NCBI GenBank assembly: GCA_965214935.1
Contig: CBDCCS010000022.1
Span: forward strand, 480,001-544,000
Direction: 5' to 3'
Length of the DNA stretch: 64,000 nucleotides
From: Candidatus Velthaea sp.
Lineage (GTDB): Bacteria; Vulcanimicrobiota; Vulcanimicrobiia; Vulcanimicrobiales; Vulcanimicrobiaceae
The notes under the pieces are model-generated. The model worked only from the letters and a program-made list of their open reading frames with translations. It was not told where the DNA came from and did no database searches. A program made the position numbers and the translations under genes. The number at the start of each line of letters is the position of its first letter. Positions within the stretch are counted from its first letter, which is position 1. Positions 33,647-43,112 of the stretch are shown here, in pieces.

Positions 33647-35032
33647 ATGCGCCCAACAACAATGTCTCGCGTTGCCTTTGCCTTGGCAGTACTGCTGGGC
33701 GCACCCCTCGGCGCTCAAGAGTTGCCGCCGCCGTGCGCCGTAGTCAGGCCGCTGGCCGGTCCCGCCGCCGAACCACCGATCGTTGCGGCGATCGCGCGGA
33801 TTTCGCCCGAGCGTTTGCGTGCAATCGATGCGCACCTCGTTGCCTTCGGCACGCGCAGCACGTTCTCGGAACGGAGCGGCTCCAAACGCGGCGTTTTCGC
33901 GGCGCGCGGCTGGATTGCCGGCCAGTTCGGAGCGATCGCGCGCACGACGCACGGTCGCATGACGGTCGCCTACGACACCTACGTGCAACACCCGGACGGC
34001 CGAACGGTCACGCGCGACGTTACCATTTCGAGCGTTATCGCAACGTTGCGCGGCGACGAATCCGACACGCGTGCCTATGTGATGTCGAGTCATTTCGACT
34101 CACGCAACACCGACAACGCGGACGGCAGCGGCGATGCACCCGGCGCCGACGACAACGGCTCGGGCACTGCCGCTGTGCTCGAAGCGGCGCGTGTACTGGC
34201 GCCGCTGCATCTGCATGCAACGATCATTTTTGCAACGTTCGACGCCGAAGAACAGGGCCTGTTCGGTTCGGCCCATTTCGCTCAAGCGTTGAAAACTGCC
34301 GGCACCGACGTCCAAGGCGATTTAAACAACGACATCATCGGTGCGTCGGCCGGACCCGGCGGCGCAAACAACCCCCATCGTGTTCGCATCTTCTCCGAAG
34401 CACTCGCCGCCGGCAGCGACATCGTGCGCGTCAATTTGATCGGCAATGAGAACGATTCGGCCTCACGTGAACTCGCGCGGTTCGTAAGAACAACGGGCGA
34501 CGCGTATGCGACCGATTTGCAAGGCGTCTTAATTGCACGCGCCGACCGTTTTTTGCGCGGCGGCGATCACGAGTCGTTCAATGCCGCCGGTTTTGCGGCG
34601 ATCCGCTTTACCGAACCCGTTGAGAACTTCGCCCATCAGCATCAGAACGTGCGCATCGAAAACGGCGTGCAGTACGGCGATCTCGAACGATACGTCGATT
34701 TCGCGTATCTCGCCCGTGTGGCACGCTACAATGCAGCGAATCTTGCCCAACTTGCATTGGGTCCCGGCCGGCCGCCCGACGCGGTCATACAGATCAAATC
34801 GCTGACCAATGAAACGACGCTATCGTGGACGAGCGTGCCCGGCGCCGCGAGCTATGAAATCGTCCGCCGCGCAACCACCGACGCGGATTGGACGCTGGCA
34901 ACCGATGCCGGCGGCGGCACGACGATCACGTTGCCTTTCTCGAAAGACGATTGGCTCTTCGGCGTGCGGGCTGTCGACCCGCAAGGGCGGCGCAGCGTCG
35001 TGGCTTTTCCGACGCCGCGCCGCGACCTTTAG
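33647..35032 (+). CDS. M28 family metallopeptidase, secreted
   Basis: SHFDS, PGADDNGSG, AEEQGLFG, NNDII and RGGDHESF. Confidence 0.9.
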   Translation: MRPTTMSRVAFALAVLLGAPLGAQELPPPCAVVRPLAGPAAEPPIVAAIARISPERLRAIDAHLVAFGTRSTFSERSGSKRGVFAARGWIAGQFGAIARTTHGRMTVAYDTYVQHPDGRTVTRDVTISSVIATLRGDESDTRAYVMSSHFDSRNTDNADGSGDAPGADDNGSGTAAVLEAARVLAPLHLHATIIFATFDAEEQGLFGSAHFAQALKTAGTDVQGDLNNDIIGASAGPGGANNPHRVRIFSEALAAGSDIVRVNLIGNENDSASRELARFVRTTGDAYATDLQGVLIARADRFLRGGDHESFNAAGFAAIRFTEPVENFAHQHQNVRIENGVQYGDLERYVDFAYLARVARYNAANLAQLALGPGRPPDAVIQIKSLTNETTLSWTSVPGAASYEIVRRATTDADWTLATDAGGGTTITLPFSKDDWLFGVRAVDPQGRRSVVAFPTPRRDL

Positions 35033-36672
35033 CGCAGGCCGAACTCCGCAACGCCGTTTCCGGCGCCCGGCACGAACACATGACCGTCTGCGACCGTCGG
35101 CGTGAGGAACGCATCGCCCATCGAGAGCCAGTTACCGACCGCCCCGGAGAACAGCGTCTTATGCAAATCGAGCGCGTCGTAGGCGTATAGCTGGAATGCC
35201 TGCCCGGCCATCACACGTGTCGTCGCCCACACGACGGCGGTGCCGGGTCGCGTTCCGTCGGACGATACCGCCGGAATCTCACCGCCTTCGCCCGGAAAAA
35301 CGTTACTGGTTTGCGATGTTGCCGTCAGGTGTGGAGTACCGGCGGTGCTGAGTTTGAAGGCAACCATCGGCTGCATCGTTGCGCCCCAGTACACGATGCC
35401 GTTGTAGTAGGCCGGACCGCCGTAAAGCGCATTCTGCATCGGCTCGAGCGGGATCGTCTGGAGTGGTTTGGCGTGCGAGGCGTCGCCGCCCAGCCGGTCG
35501 CGGTCGAGCAGGAACACAAGGCCGTCCTTTTCGCCCGAAACCGCGAGTCGGCGTCCCGGCGTGTCCCGATCGGGGACGAGCATGACACCGGCCGAACCGA
35601 CGTCTTGATCGTTGATCGTCAGCGTTTTCTGCGTGTTCGGCGTAAAATAATCGCGCACGCGCAGATTCGGAGATAAGCCCAGGATGCTTTCCGAATAGCT
35701 CGAGTGCCCGGCATTCGCGTCGAACGTTCCGTTGCCGGTTGCGACGTAGATGTTGCCGCCGGCATCGACCGACGGCGCGTACGTGGACTGCCAGATCGCG
35801 CCGAGATACGTGTTGGACGATGTTGCGGTCGTGTTGAAGATTGCGCGCTGCGCGAGCGTGTGCGCGTCATAGGCAAATAACCAGCCGTGAACGGAACCCG
35901 GCACGCGGTCGCAACTGCTGCCGAATGCAACGTAGATCGCGCCGTTCGCAAAGACCAGACCCGGCCGGTTTTGATGCCGCTGCGCATTGAAGCTAATCTG
36001 GCTGCCGTCTTCGTTTGTAACCGTTCCGCCGATGTCGGCCGGCGCAAAGCGGTCGCGCCCGTCGTAGAGCTTGAGTGCATGCAAACGATTATGATAGGTG
36101 ATGTTCGCGCCGCTGGTCACTTGGATCTTGTCGACGCCGTACAAGGTATTTGTTTTCGGATCGATCACCGGCGTCGATGAAACGCCGATCGTCGGCGTGA
36201 TCGACGAGCAGCCGGACACCGAGTCAAGCGTAACGGCCGAAATACCCTTCGCGGCATTGACCGCGGTGCGGCGCCAGATCAGTTTTCCATCATCGGCATC
36301 GTAAGCGTAAACGCTATCGTTCTCGGTCGCGATGATGACGGTATTGTGCGTGCCGAACTCCGTTTTAAGGTGCGGAACGTACAGCGGTTGAGCATAGACG
36401 ACGCCGTCGGCGGCAAGATAGCGCAAATAGCCGAAGCGTGAGGAGTGCACCGTCGCAGTGGATAGCTTGGTCTCGGTCGGATTCCAGCCGGTGCGCGAGT
36501 TATCGTAATGATAGGTATAGTAGCCGGTATCGAGCGGCGCGGCAGCGCCCGGTGGTGCGGATGTCGCGGACGATACGGATTGCACGGTGACGGCGGCCAT
36601 GATTGCGGCCGCCGTTGTTAAGCGAAGCGGGGCAGACAGCACGAAAACCTCATTGCTGGACGGCAGAATCAT
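35029..36672 (-). CDS. Secreted PQQ-like beta-propeller protein
   Basis: YHYDNSRTG, VYAQPLY, ATENDSVYAYDA, STPVID and NQRPGL-like motifs. Start codon uncertain. Confidence 0.75.
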   Translation of the reverse strand: MILPSSNEVFVLSAPLRLTTAAAIMAAVTVQSVSSATSAPPGAAAPLDTGYYTYHYDNSRTGWNPTETKLSTATVHSSRFGYLRYLAADGVVYAQPLYVPHLKTEFGTHNTVIIATENDSVYAYDADDGKLIWRRTAVNAAKGISAVTLDSVSGCSSITPTIGVSSTPVIDPKTNTLYGVDKIQVTSGANITYHNRLHALKLYDGRDRFAPADIGGTVTNEDGSQISFNAQRHQNRPGLVFANGAIYVAFGSSCDRVPGSVHGWLFAYDAHTLAQRAIFNTTATSSNTYLGAIWQSTYAPSVDAGGNIYVATGNGTFDANAGHSSYSESILGLSPNLRVRDYFTPNTQKTLTINDQDVGSAGVMLVPDRDTPGRRLAVSGEKDGLVFLLDRDRLGGDASHAKPLQTIPLEPMQNALYGGPAYYNGIVYWGATMQPMVAFKLSTAGTPHLTATSQTSNVFPGEGGEIPAVSSDGTRPGTAVVWATTRVMAGQAFQLYAYDALDLHKTLFSGAVGNWLSMGDAFLTPTVADGHVFVPGAGNGVAEFGLR

Positions 36673-36764
36673 GGAAGATTCGCCTCAATCCGATGCGGCA
36701 ACGGCCGGCTTGCTAATCACGCTTGACTGGTCACGAATGCGGCCGGAACGGCCGCACCCGGCAT

Positions 36765-37049
36765 TCAGGGTTCGGCGATAGCATCGATCGCTGCCACCAG
36801 CGCAAAATCGCGCGCGGAGATACCGGCTATGTCGTGCGACCAGCTGCGGATCACGACTTCATTCCACGATAGTGCAAGATCCGGATGATGATCGAGTTCG
36901 TTCGCGAGCGCTGCAACGCGATTGACAAACCGAATCGAACCGTCGAACGTGCGGCAATCGAACGTGCGCAACAGCGCGCTGCCGTCGAAGCTCCAGCCGG
37001 GATGCCGTTGCAGTTCGTGCCGGATCTCGTCGTCGCCGAAGCGGTTCAA
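36765..37049 (-). CDS. phhB: Pterin-4-alpha-carbinolamine dehydratase
   Basis: DHHPDL, WSHD.AGIS.RDF. TTG start right after the hemL stop. Confidence 0.88.
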   Translation of the reverse strand: MNRFGDDEIRHELQRHPGWSFDGSALLRTFDCRTFDGSIRFVNRVAALANELDHHPDLALSWNEVVIRSWSHDIAGISARDFALVAAIDAIAEP

Positions 37050-37050
37050 T

Positions 37051-38319
37051 TCACACGTAGCCCGCGAAACGCAGTTCGCGCAGCGACTCGTCGATCGCCG
37101 CGACGGTCTCGTCAATGTCGGCGGCCGTATGCGCCGTCGATACAAACATGACTTCATTCGGCGAGGGTGCGAGCAAGACACCGCGTCGGCGTAACGCATG
37201 ATAGAACGCTGCAAAAGCCGGCGCGTCGGCTTGCCGTGCATCATCGTAATTACGGCTTGCCGGACCACGCCGGAACTTGAAGTCGACGATCGATTCGAGT
37301 TGCACGACCGCAAACGGCAGATCGAGCGCTGCAAGGCAGCGCCGGATACCCGCTGCTAGCCGGCGCGCGTTGCCGTCCATCGCTGCGTAGCACTCAGGAT
37401 GCGTCTCAAGCCAGTCGAGAGTCCGCAGGCCCAGGGCAACGCCGAACGGATTACCGGCGTGCGTACCGCCGGTAAAACACGGGCCGTCCGGTGCCAGCAC
37501 CGCCATGACGTCGGCGCGGCCGCCGAAGGCTGCCAGCGGCGTCCCGCCGCCGAGAATTTTACCGACCGTCGTTAAATCGGGCGTCACTTCGGCGAGCGCC
37601 TGCGCACCGCCGAGACCAAGCCGCAGCCAAGTGATGATTTCATCGAAGATCAGCAGCGCGCCGAGCCGATGCGCTCGCGCTTGCAATCCCGCGAGAAAGC
37701 CGGGCTCGGGTAAAACAAGTCCCATGTTGCCGACGACCGGCTCGACTAAAAACGCTGCCGGCAGCGATGCCGCCGCTGCTAAAAGCGTATCGACCGCCGC
37801 CAGATCGTTATAGGGCGCAACCAGCAAATCGTTTGTGATTGCGGCCGGAATCCCAGCCGCTTGAGCGGATTGCGTATGTGCCGATGCGCCGGCGGCCAGC
37901 AGCGCGAGATCGAAGTGTCCGTGATAGTTCCCGGCAAATTTCAGTATCGTCGTCCGCCCCGTATAGGCGCGTGCAACGCGAACCGCACTCATGACGGCCT
38001 CGCTGCCCGTGGTGCAAAAGCGCACCCGCTCCATCGACGGCAGATGCGTTGCGATGCGCGCCGCGAGCCGGAATTCATCGGGTGTCGTCGATCCGAACAC
38101 GAGGCCGCGCTCGGCAATTGCATCTAAATTTGTTGCAAGTGCCGGATGCGCGTGGCCCAGCAACAGCGGACCGTAGGCCATGACAAAGTCGATATACCGC
38201 CGGCCGGCTTCATCGTAGGCATAAGCGCCACGGCCGGCCGACTGGACGAACGGTGCGCCGCCGACGGCGTGACCCGTCCGGACGGGAGAACTTGCGCCTC
38301 CGGCAAGCACCGGATGCAC
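37051..38319 (-). CDS. hemL: Glutamate-1-semialdehyde 2,1-aminomutase
   Basis: GGASSPVR, YGPLLLGH, GSEA, GNYHGH, EPVVGNMG, FDE, GKILGGG and GTHAGNP. Start is probably GTG 38319 (ORF open to 38373). Confidence 0.9.
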   Translation of the reverse strand: MHPVLAGGASSPVRTGHAVGGAPFVQSAGRGAYAYDEAGRRYIDFVMAYGPLLLGHAHPALATNLDAIAERGLVFGSTTPDEFRLAARIATHLPSMERVRFCTTGSEAVMSAVRVARAYTGRTTILKFAGNYHGHFDLALLAAGASAHTQSAQAAGIPAAITNDLLVAPYNDLAAVDTLLAAAASLPAAFLVEPVVGNMGLVLPEPGFLAGLQARAHRLGALLIFDEIITWLRLGLGGAQALAEVTPDLTTVGKILGGGTPLAAFGGRADVMAVLAPDGPCFTGGTHAGNPFGVALGLRTLDWLETHPECYAAMDGNARRLAAGIRRCLAALDLPFAVVQLESIVDFKFRRGPASRNYDDARQADAPAFAAFYHALRRRGVLLAPSPNEVMFVSTAHTAADIDETVAAIDESLRELRFAGYV

Positions 38320-38327
38320 TTCGACCG

Positions 38328-38732
38328 CTAGATCGCTAGCGATGGCTCCGCCACATTCGTGCGGATAACGCAAATCGTTGCCCGGTCGACGTCGTTTGCA
38401 AGGCGGACGAACACGACGCTGACCCGCTGCGGTCCGCGCGGGAACGGAAAAATAAACTCGAACGGCTCGATACTCATGTTTGCCGAATCGAGAAAGTCGC
38501 CGAATCGCCCTTGGAATTCACGAATCGCCGTACATGGTGCGACGTCGGTGAAAAAGTTCAAACCAATGACGGTTCGCGAGCCGAGGCCGGCCAACGATCG
38601 TTCGTACGCATTGTACTCAAGAATCGTCCCGGTTCGATCGACGACGATGACGCCGAACGGTGCAGCGTCGAGTTCAACGCCGTGAAGTTGTTGAATTTTA
38701 TCGAGATCGAAGGCCTGGAAAGCGCCGCTCAC
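38328..38732 (-). CDS. pyp: Photoactive yellow protein (PAS fold)
   Basis: YNAYE (Y42, E46) and NFFTDVAPCT (C69 chromophore thioester). GTG start with a GGAG RBS. Confidence 0.88.
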   Translation of the reverse strand: MSGAFQAFDLDKIQQLHGVELDAAPFGVIVVDRTGTILEYNAYERSLAGLGSRTVIGLNFFTDVAPCTAIREFQGRFGDFLDSANMSIEPFEFIFPFPRGPQRVSVVFVRLANDVDRATICVIRTNVAEPSLAI

Positions 38733-38894
38733 ATCATCTCCAATCAAAGCGCGCATGGAATCATCGCCCGGGTAAGCGGTATCGCGGAGCGTGACGATCC
38801 GCGCATGAAGCCGCTCGAGCGTTGCGGCATCCGCGCGGGCATCGCGCCGGGCCTCGGTTGCTGCAAGCAGCGCGAGTCTTGGCCGGTCGATCGA

Positions 38895-40463
38895 TCAACG
38901 TCCCGGCGCATAGCGCGCGGTTATTTCATCGATGACGCTGCGGTCGACGTCCGTTCCGCGTTCGCGCGCAAGTTTCTCCGCCTCGGCGCGCAGTTTTTTA
39001 TTTACCGACACGCGCACGAAGAACGGTACGCGCTTGAGCGTGACCTCGGTGATTTGCTTGGCTTCAGCGGTCCAAGTGATAACGCTATTGGGACCCTTAC
39101 CGCTTCGTTCGACGACGCCGGGTGCCGACGCCAGCAGTTGGGCGGTCGGCACTTCAACTTTGACCGGCGGCACGGCCGAAGTCGGCAAGTTGGCGAATAG
39201 GACGTCGAAGAGCCCTTCGCATACGACTTGCAGCAGCCACACCGCACCGGCGTAGCCCATGTAGGGCGTACCGGGTGCACGGCGTACGACGGCACCGGGA
39301 AACGACGACTGCATGAAAAGCGCCGGCAGTTTTTCTTGGGCGATGATCATACGCTCGTTGATCGAGCCGAACACCATCATCGGCGACGGGCTCAAATCGC
39401 GCAACGCCGCGCGAACCGCCTGGTTTGGTGCGCTTTCCGCGCCGGTACGGTACGCGCTAAAGGCGATCGGCAGTCCGAGCTCGCCGCCGAGATACGACTC
39501 CAAGCCGTCTTTGTAGGTCGGCGGTGCGACGATTGCGATCGGTGCGTTGGCGAAGAAATCGCTATGGGTCGACTTCCATATGTCTTGCCACGCCGCCAGC
39601 GTCGTTTTTTTCTCCAGCGCGATAAATGCATCGGCGTTCGCCCGCAGCCCGAGCGCGTCGCCGAGACCTTCCAAAAAATCCGTCGTCGGTTCGAGACCCA
39701 TCGGTCCGTAAAATGTCGGCAGGCCGATTTCACGTGCGAGCGATTTGCCGTACTCGGCATACATCACGATCGTCGCATCGGCATCGGCTAAGTGCGGCGT
39801 ATCGTAGCTCGCGGACTCGAACGGAAAGACGCAATTCAGGTCGGCACCGATCCCGGCCACCAAACGCTTTATTTCCGCTAGATCGCTATACGAATTGAAG
39901 TTTCCGTACGTCGGTCCGATAATGTTGACGCGCGGCTTGACGCGCGGCGGATGCAGCGCAACACCCGCCGGCCGCACGAAATGTTCGCGGTGTTCCCAAA
40001 GAAAAAGCAACGCCCGGTCGCGCGACTTCCACTCGTCATCGTCGAGCGAATGGCTGTCGAAAAATAAGGCGGAACCTTTGACGTCGGCATCCATCGTCGT
40101 CCACGAAGCGCCGATCAATTCGGACATCGGCGTTGAAACGATGAACACCTGACGGCCGTCGGCGCCGGCTCGCGCGACTTTCTCCTTGAGCACACCGAGC
40201 GTCCCGGCGATCGTCACTTCCGTCTCGGAAAGCTCCGAGCACGTGACGTTTTGCAAATACGGAATGCAATCGGTGTAATTGATAACGGCAACCGCGGGCA
40301 TCACGTGACAGCCGACCGGCCCGTCGAGAACGACGTTCGAATCACGCAGCGATGCGAAGACCTGCATCCCGCCGGTATCACCGCCCGCATGATCCAGATC
40401 GGTAACACGCTTTCGAATCGGCGTGTTGACGATATCGCTGACCAGCTCTTTTTGCGCAGCCAT
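38895..40463 (-). CDS. bchZ: Chlorophyllide a reductase subunit Z
   Basis: DLDHAGG, LDGPVGC, YTD, VNIIGP, SDLAEIKRL, PGAVVRR..GTPYMGYAGA and a C-terminal PFFVRVS domain. Confidence 0.9.
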   Translation of the reverse strand: MAAQKELVSDIVNTPIRKRVTDLDHAGGDTGGMQVFASLRDSNVVLDGPVGCHVMPAVAVINYTDCIPYLQNVTCSELSETEVTIAGTLGVLKEKVARAGADGRQVFIVSTPMSELIGASWTTMDADVKGSALFFDSHSLDDDEWKSRDRALLFLWEHREHFVRPAGVALHPPRVKPRVNIIGPTYGNFNSYSDLAEIKRLVAGIGADLNCVFPFESASYDTPHLADADATIVMYAEYGKSLAREIGLPTFYGPMGLEPTTDFLEGLGDALGLRANADAFIALEKKTTLAAWQDIWKSTHSDFFANAPIAIVAPPTYKDGLESYLGGELGLPIAFSAYRTGAESAPNQAVRAALRDLSPSPMMVFGSINERMIIAQEKLPALFMQSSFPGAVVRRAPGTPYMGYAGAVWLLQVVCEGLFDVLFANLPTSAVPPVKVEVPTAQLLASAPGVVERSGKGPNSVITWTAEAKQITEVTLKRVPFFVRVSVNKKLRAEAEKLARERGTDVDRSVIDEITARYAPGR

Positions 40464-40497
40464 CAGCCGATACTCGCGGCGCGCCGAAAGTCGCCGG

Positions 40498-41841
40498 TCA
40501 CGGGGTTTTGCCCGGGGTGCTCGCCGCTGCGCGAGCCGGTGCGAATGTCTCGTTGGCGATTAAATGTTCGGTCAGATCGATCTTGGGCGCCCAAGCCGAA
40601 TAACTACGGTTCGGCGTACCCGTCTCGCTGAAAAAGCTGGCAATTTTATGATAGCGAGCCTTGCTGCGATACGTCGCGAGCATCAGCGACAAAATTTCGC
40701 TTGCACCTTGTGCGAACATCAGCGAGCGCGTCGCCATCGCATTGGTATAATAGATCGACGGAATTCCCAGTTCTTTGGCGTGCGCGCATAACGGCGTCGT
40801 CCCGATCACGCAATCGTACGGATGATCTTCAAGCGCCCCGATCTCATCGTCGAAGTTCGCTCCGTACAAAACCGTACAGCCGTGCTCGCGCAGCCACGCT
40901 TCTTCTTCGCGCGCCAACGGATTCGAGTTGACGGCCGTCGATAGATACGGCACGTTCGCGCCCGCTTCGATCAACAACCGCACGAGGAGAAACTCATGGC
41001 CTTCGTAACCGGCGACCATGAACGTCAACCCGTTCAGCGGGTAATCCGCCATCGCCGCGACGACTTTATCCCGCTCTTCGGCCGCAACCGCCTCGACGGT
41101 CGCTGCATCGAGCTTCAACGCCGCCCCGACACCGCGAATCCAACCGTAGGTGCCGTCGATACCGACCGGAGCGCCTTCAATGAACGGCAAGCCCTGCTTC
41201 ATCTTCATCCGCTTGACGCTCTCGGAGTAAAACGGATGCAGCGGCGCATTGAGCGCACCGTCGACCATCGCGACGTAATCCGACCAGCGCGGCCCGGGCA
41301 CATGGGTATTCACGTGCGTACCGATGCGCCGTAGAACTTCGTCGATGGCAATCGGATCGCTGGGAAACAACTCGCCGATTAAATTAACGCCCGACCGCGT
41401 CTTACGCTGCGGCGGCAAACGCCACACCAGCGAATCGACGACGATATCCTTCGCCCGCGCGTGCGTGTGCACGCTATACGCCGGCAGCGGCACGTAGATG
41501 ATTTCCGTGTTGCCGATCTGCTTGGGCAACAGATCGAACGGCAGCCCGACGGTATCCGAAACACACAACGAACAAATCGGAATAATCGAGGGTTGATGCT
41601 GTTCGGCCATTTCATGGACCATCGCCTTGAGCTCGTCGAAAACCGAGCCTTTGGCCCAAATCTCCGAACTCACGCCGGGCGAAAACACCGGCCGATTCGC
41701 CACATAAAAGTGCGCCACGAACGTATGCCCGTACAAGCACCCGTCACCCGACGAAATCACGATGGGCATCGCATCTTCCATACGCAGCAAATTGCGAACC
41801 GCCCCAAACGCCGGACACATCGAAGAAGCCTGCTTACTCAA
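40498..41841 (-). CDS. bchY: Chlorophyllide a reductase subunit Y
   Basis: SMCPAFG, CLYG, LCV, GELFPSDP, GAPVG.DGT and GYEG.E. Confidence 0.92.
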   Translation of the reverse strand: MSKQASSMCPAFGAVRNLLRMEDAMPIVISSGDGCLYGHTFVAHFYVANRPVFSPGVSSEIWAKGSVFDELKAMVHEMAEQHQPSIIPICSLCVSDTVGLPFDLLPKQIGNTEIIYVPLPAYSVHTHARAKDIVVDSLVWRLPPQRKTRSGVNLIGELFPSDPIAIDEVLRRIGTHVNTHVPGPRWSDYVAMVDGALNAPLHPFYSESVKRMKMKQGLPFIEGAPVGIDGTYGWIRGVGAALKLDAATVEAVAAEERDKVVAAMADYPLNGLTFMVAGYEGHEFLLVRLLIEAGANVPYLSTAVNSNPLAREEEAWLREHGCTVLYGANFDDEIGALEDHPYDCVIGTTPLCAHAKELGIPSIYYTNAMATRSLMFAQGASEILSLMLATYRSKARYHKIASFFSETGTPNRSYSAWAPKIDLTEHLIANETFAPARAAASTPGKTP

Positions 41842-41940
41842 CCCAACCCACCCTCAAAACAAAATAGCCCACCAACCAAACCCCAAACCCAACCTGCAGC
41901 CCCACCCGGCCTCACCTCCGCCCCGCCGGCGACCCACCAA

Positions 41941-42960
41941 CTACCCCCAGTCAGCAGCCGGAACATTCCCTCCGCCAACCGACACGACGGTAGGGACAAG
42001 CATCCGGTCGCGATCGTCTTCAGCTTCAACATACCGGTGATCCGCACGTCCGCCGTTCGGAATACCCGCTAGGACGAGATCGCGTTTCGCGCGCGGCACG
42101 ACCTCAGGCAACGACCACAGCTCGTCGGCGGTAACGGCAGTCCCATCCATTTCGGCGGCATTGCCCGACAAGTGCATCATGAATTCGACGAAATCAACCC
42201 GGTTCGGAACGACCGCTTCCAAGTCGTCGATCGCGGCAATGACTTTATCGACCGCCGCACGCACGTCGGCATGCGGCACTCCGTCGATCACGACACGATC
42301 TTGCGGAATAAGCGGCATCGATGCGATCACCGGAATGCCGAGCCAACCGGCCATCGCTTGCGCTTTGCCGCTGCCGTCGTCTTTGTTGACGACGAGCCCC
42401 AGGCAGCGCGTCTTGCCGCCCTGTTCGGCAAAATAGCGCACTGCCGAGGCGATGTTGTTGGCAGCGTACATCGACTGGCCTTCGTTGCTGCACACGATGA
42501 TGAGTTTGTCGGCCATCGAACGCGCGATCGGCGTACCGAATCCGCCGCACACCACGTCGCCTAGAAAGTCGAGCATCATATAGTCGAAGTTCCACTCCGA
42601 CAAGCCCCACTTCTCGAGCAGCGAAAAACCAAACGTTATTCCGCGTCCGCCGCAGCCGCGCGCCGATTCCGGGCCGCCGAGCTCGATGCAATAGACCCCG
42701 TTGCCTTTAAAGATAATGTGTTCGGGCGACAGGTCGTCGGCGCGGCCGTCTTTTTCATATTGCGCCCAAGTCCCGAGAACGGTCGGTATCAGCGCGCCGC
42801 CGAAATGCGTCACCACGCTGTCGTGTTTGGGATCGCAGCCCATCTGAAGCGTCTTGAAGCCGCGATCCGTCAGCGTCTTCGCCGTCATGCTGGTAAGGAA
42901 CGACTTGCCCGCGCCGCCTTTACCGTAAATTGCGACCGTTGAATTTTTGCTAACGCCCAT
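41941..42960 (-). CDS. bchX: Chlorophyllide a reductase iron protein subunit X
   Basis: YGKGGAGKS, GCDPKHD, GCGGRGI..GF.LLE, DFLGDVVCGGFG.PIAR and NKDDGSG. Confidence 0.93.
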   Translation of the reverse strand: MGVSKNSTVAIYGKGGAGKSFLTSMTAKTLTDRGFKTLQMGCDPKHDSVVTHFGGALIPTVLGTWAQYEKDGRADDLSPEHIIFKGNGVYCIELGGPESARGCGGRGITFGFSLLEKWGLSEWNFDYMMLDFLGDVVCGGFGTPIARSMADKLIIVCSNEGQSMYAANNIASAVRYFAEQGGKTRCLGLVVNKDDGSGKAQAMAGWLGIPVIASMPLIPQDRVVIDGVPHADVRAAVDKVIAAIDDLEAVVPNRVDFVEFMMHLSGNAAEMDGTAVTADELWSLPEVVPRAKRDLVLAGIPNGGRADHRYVEAEDDRDRMLVPTVVSVGGGNVPAADWG

Positions 42961-43067
42961 AAGGACCACCCTTTGCTCTGGAAGCCGGCCCGAAGCAATC
43001 TTCGTTCGCTTGTACGGCGGTGATGCGGGTTCCCAGCGTATCGTAGGGTGACCGCGGGTGCACGGAC

Positions 43068-43083
43068 GGTGATAGGCGTCACC
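43068..43083. promoter_or_regulatory. Crp-family binding site upstream of bchX
   Basis: GGTGA-TAGGCG-TCACC. A minus-strand TACGAT (-10-like) begins about 30 bp from the site centre. Confidence 0.7.
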
Positions 43084-43112
43084 CGCCGCTGCAAGCTCCG
43101 GCGATGCCGGCG

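Noticed and set aside
33578..34093. N-terminal extension of the 528-aa Yellow-like ORF
   Set aside because: It is antisense to the M28 peptidase. Family similarity starts near 33577.
38771..38805. Crp-like sites upstream of pyp (GGTAA-N6-TCGCG, CGTGA-N6-GCGCA)
   Set aside because: Too degenerate, with no properly spaced -10 element.
41941..42960. NifH or BchL
   Set aside because: It has BchX-specific motifs (GF.LLE, DFLGDVVCGGFG.PIAR, NKDDG) and bchY/bchZ neighbours, and no nifDK.
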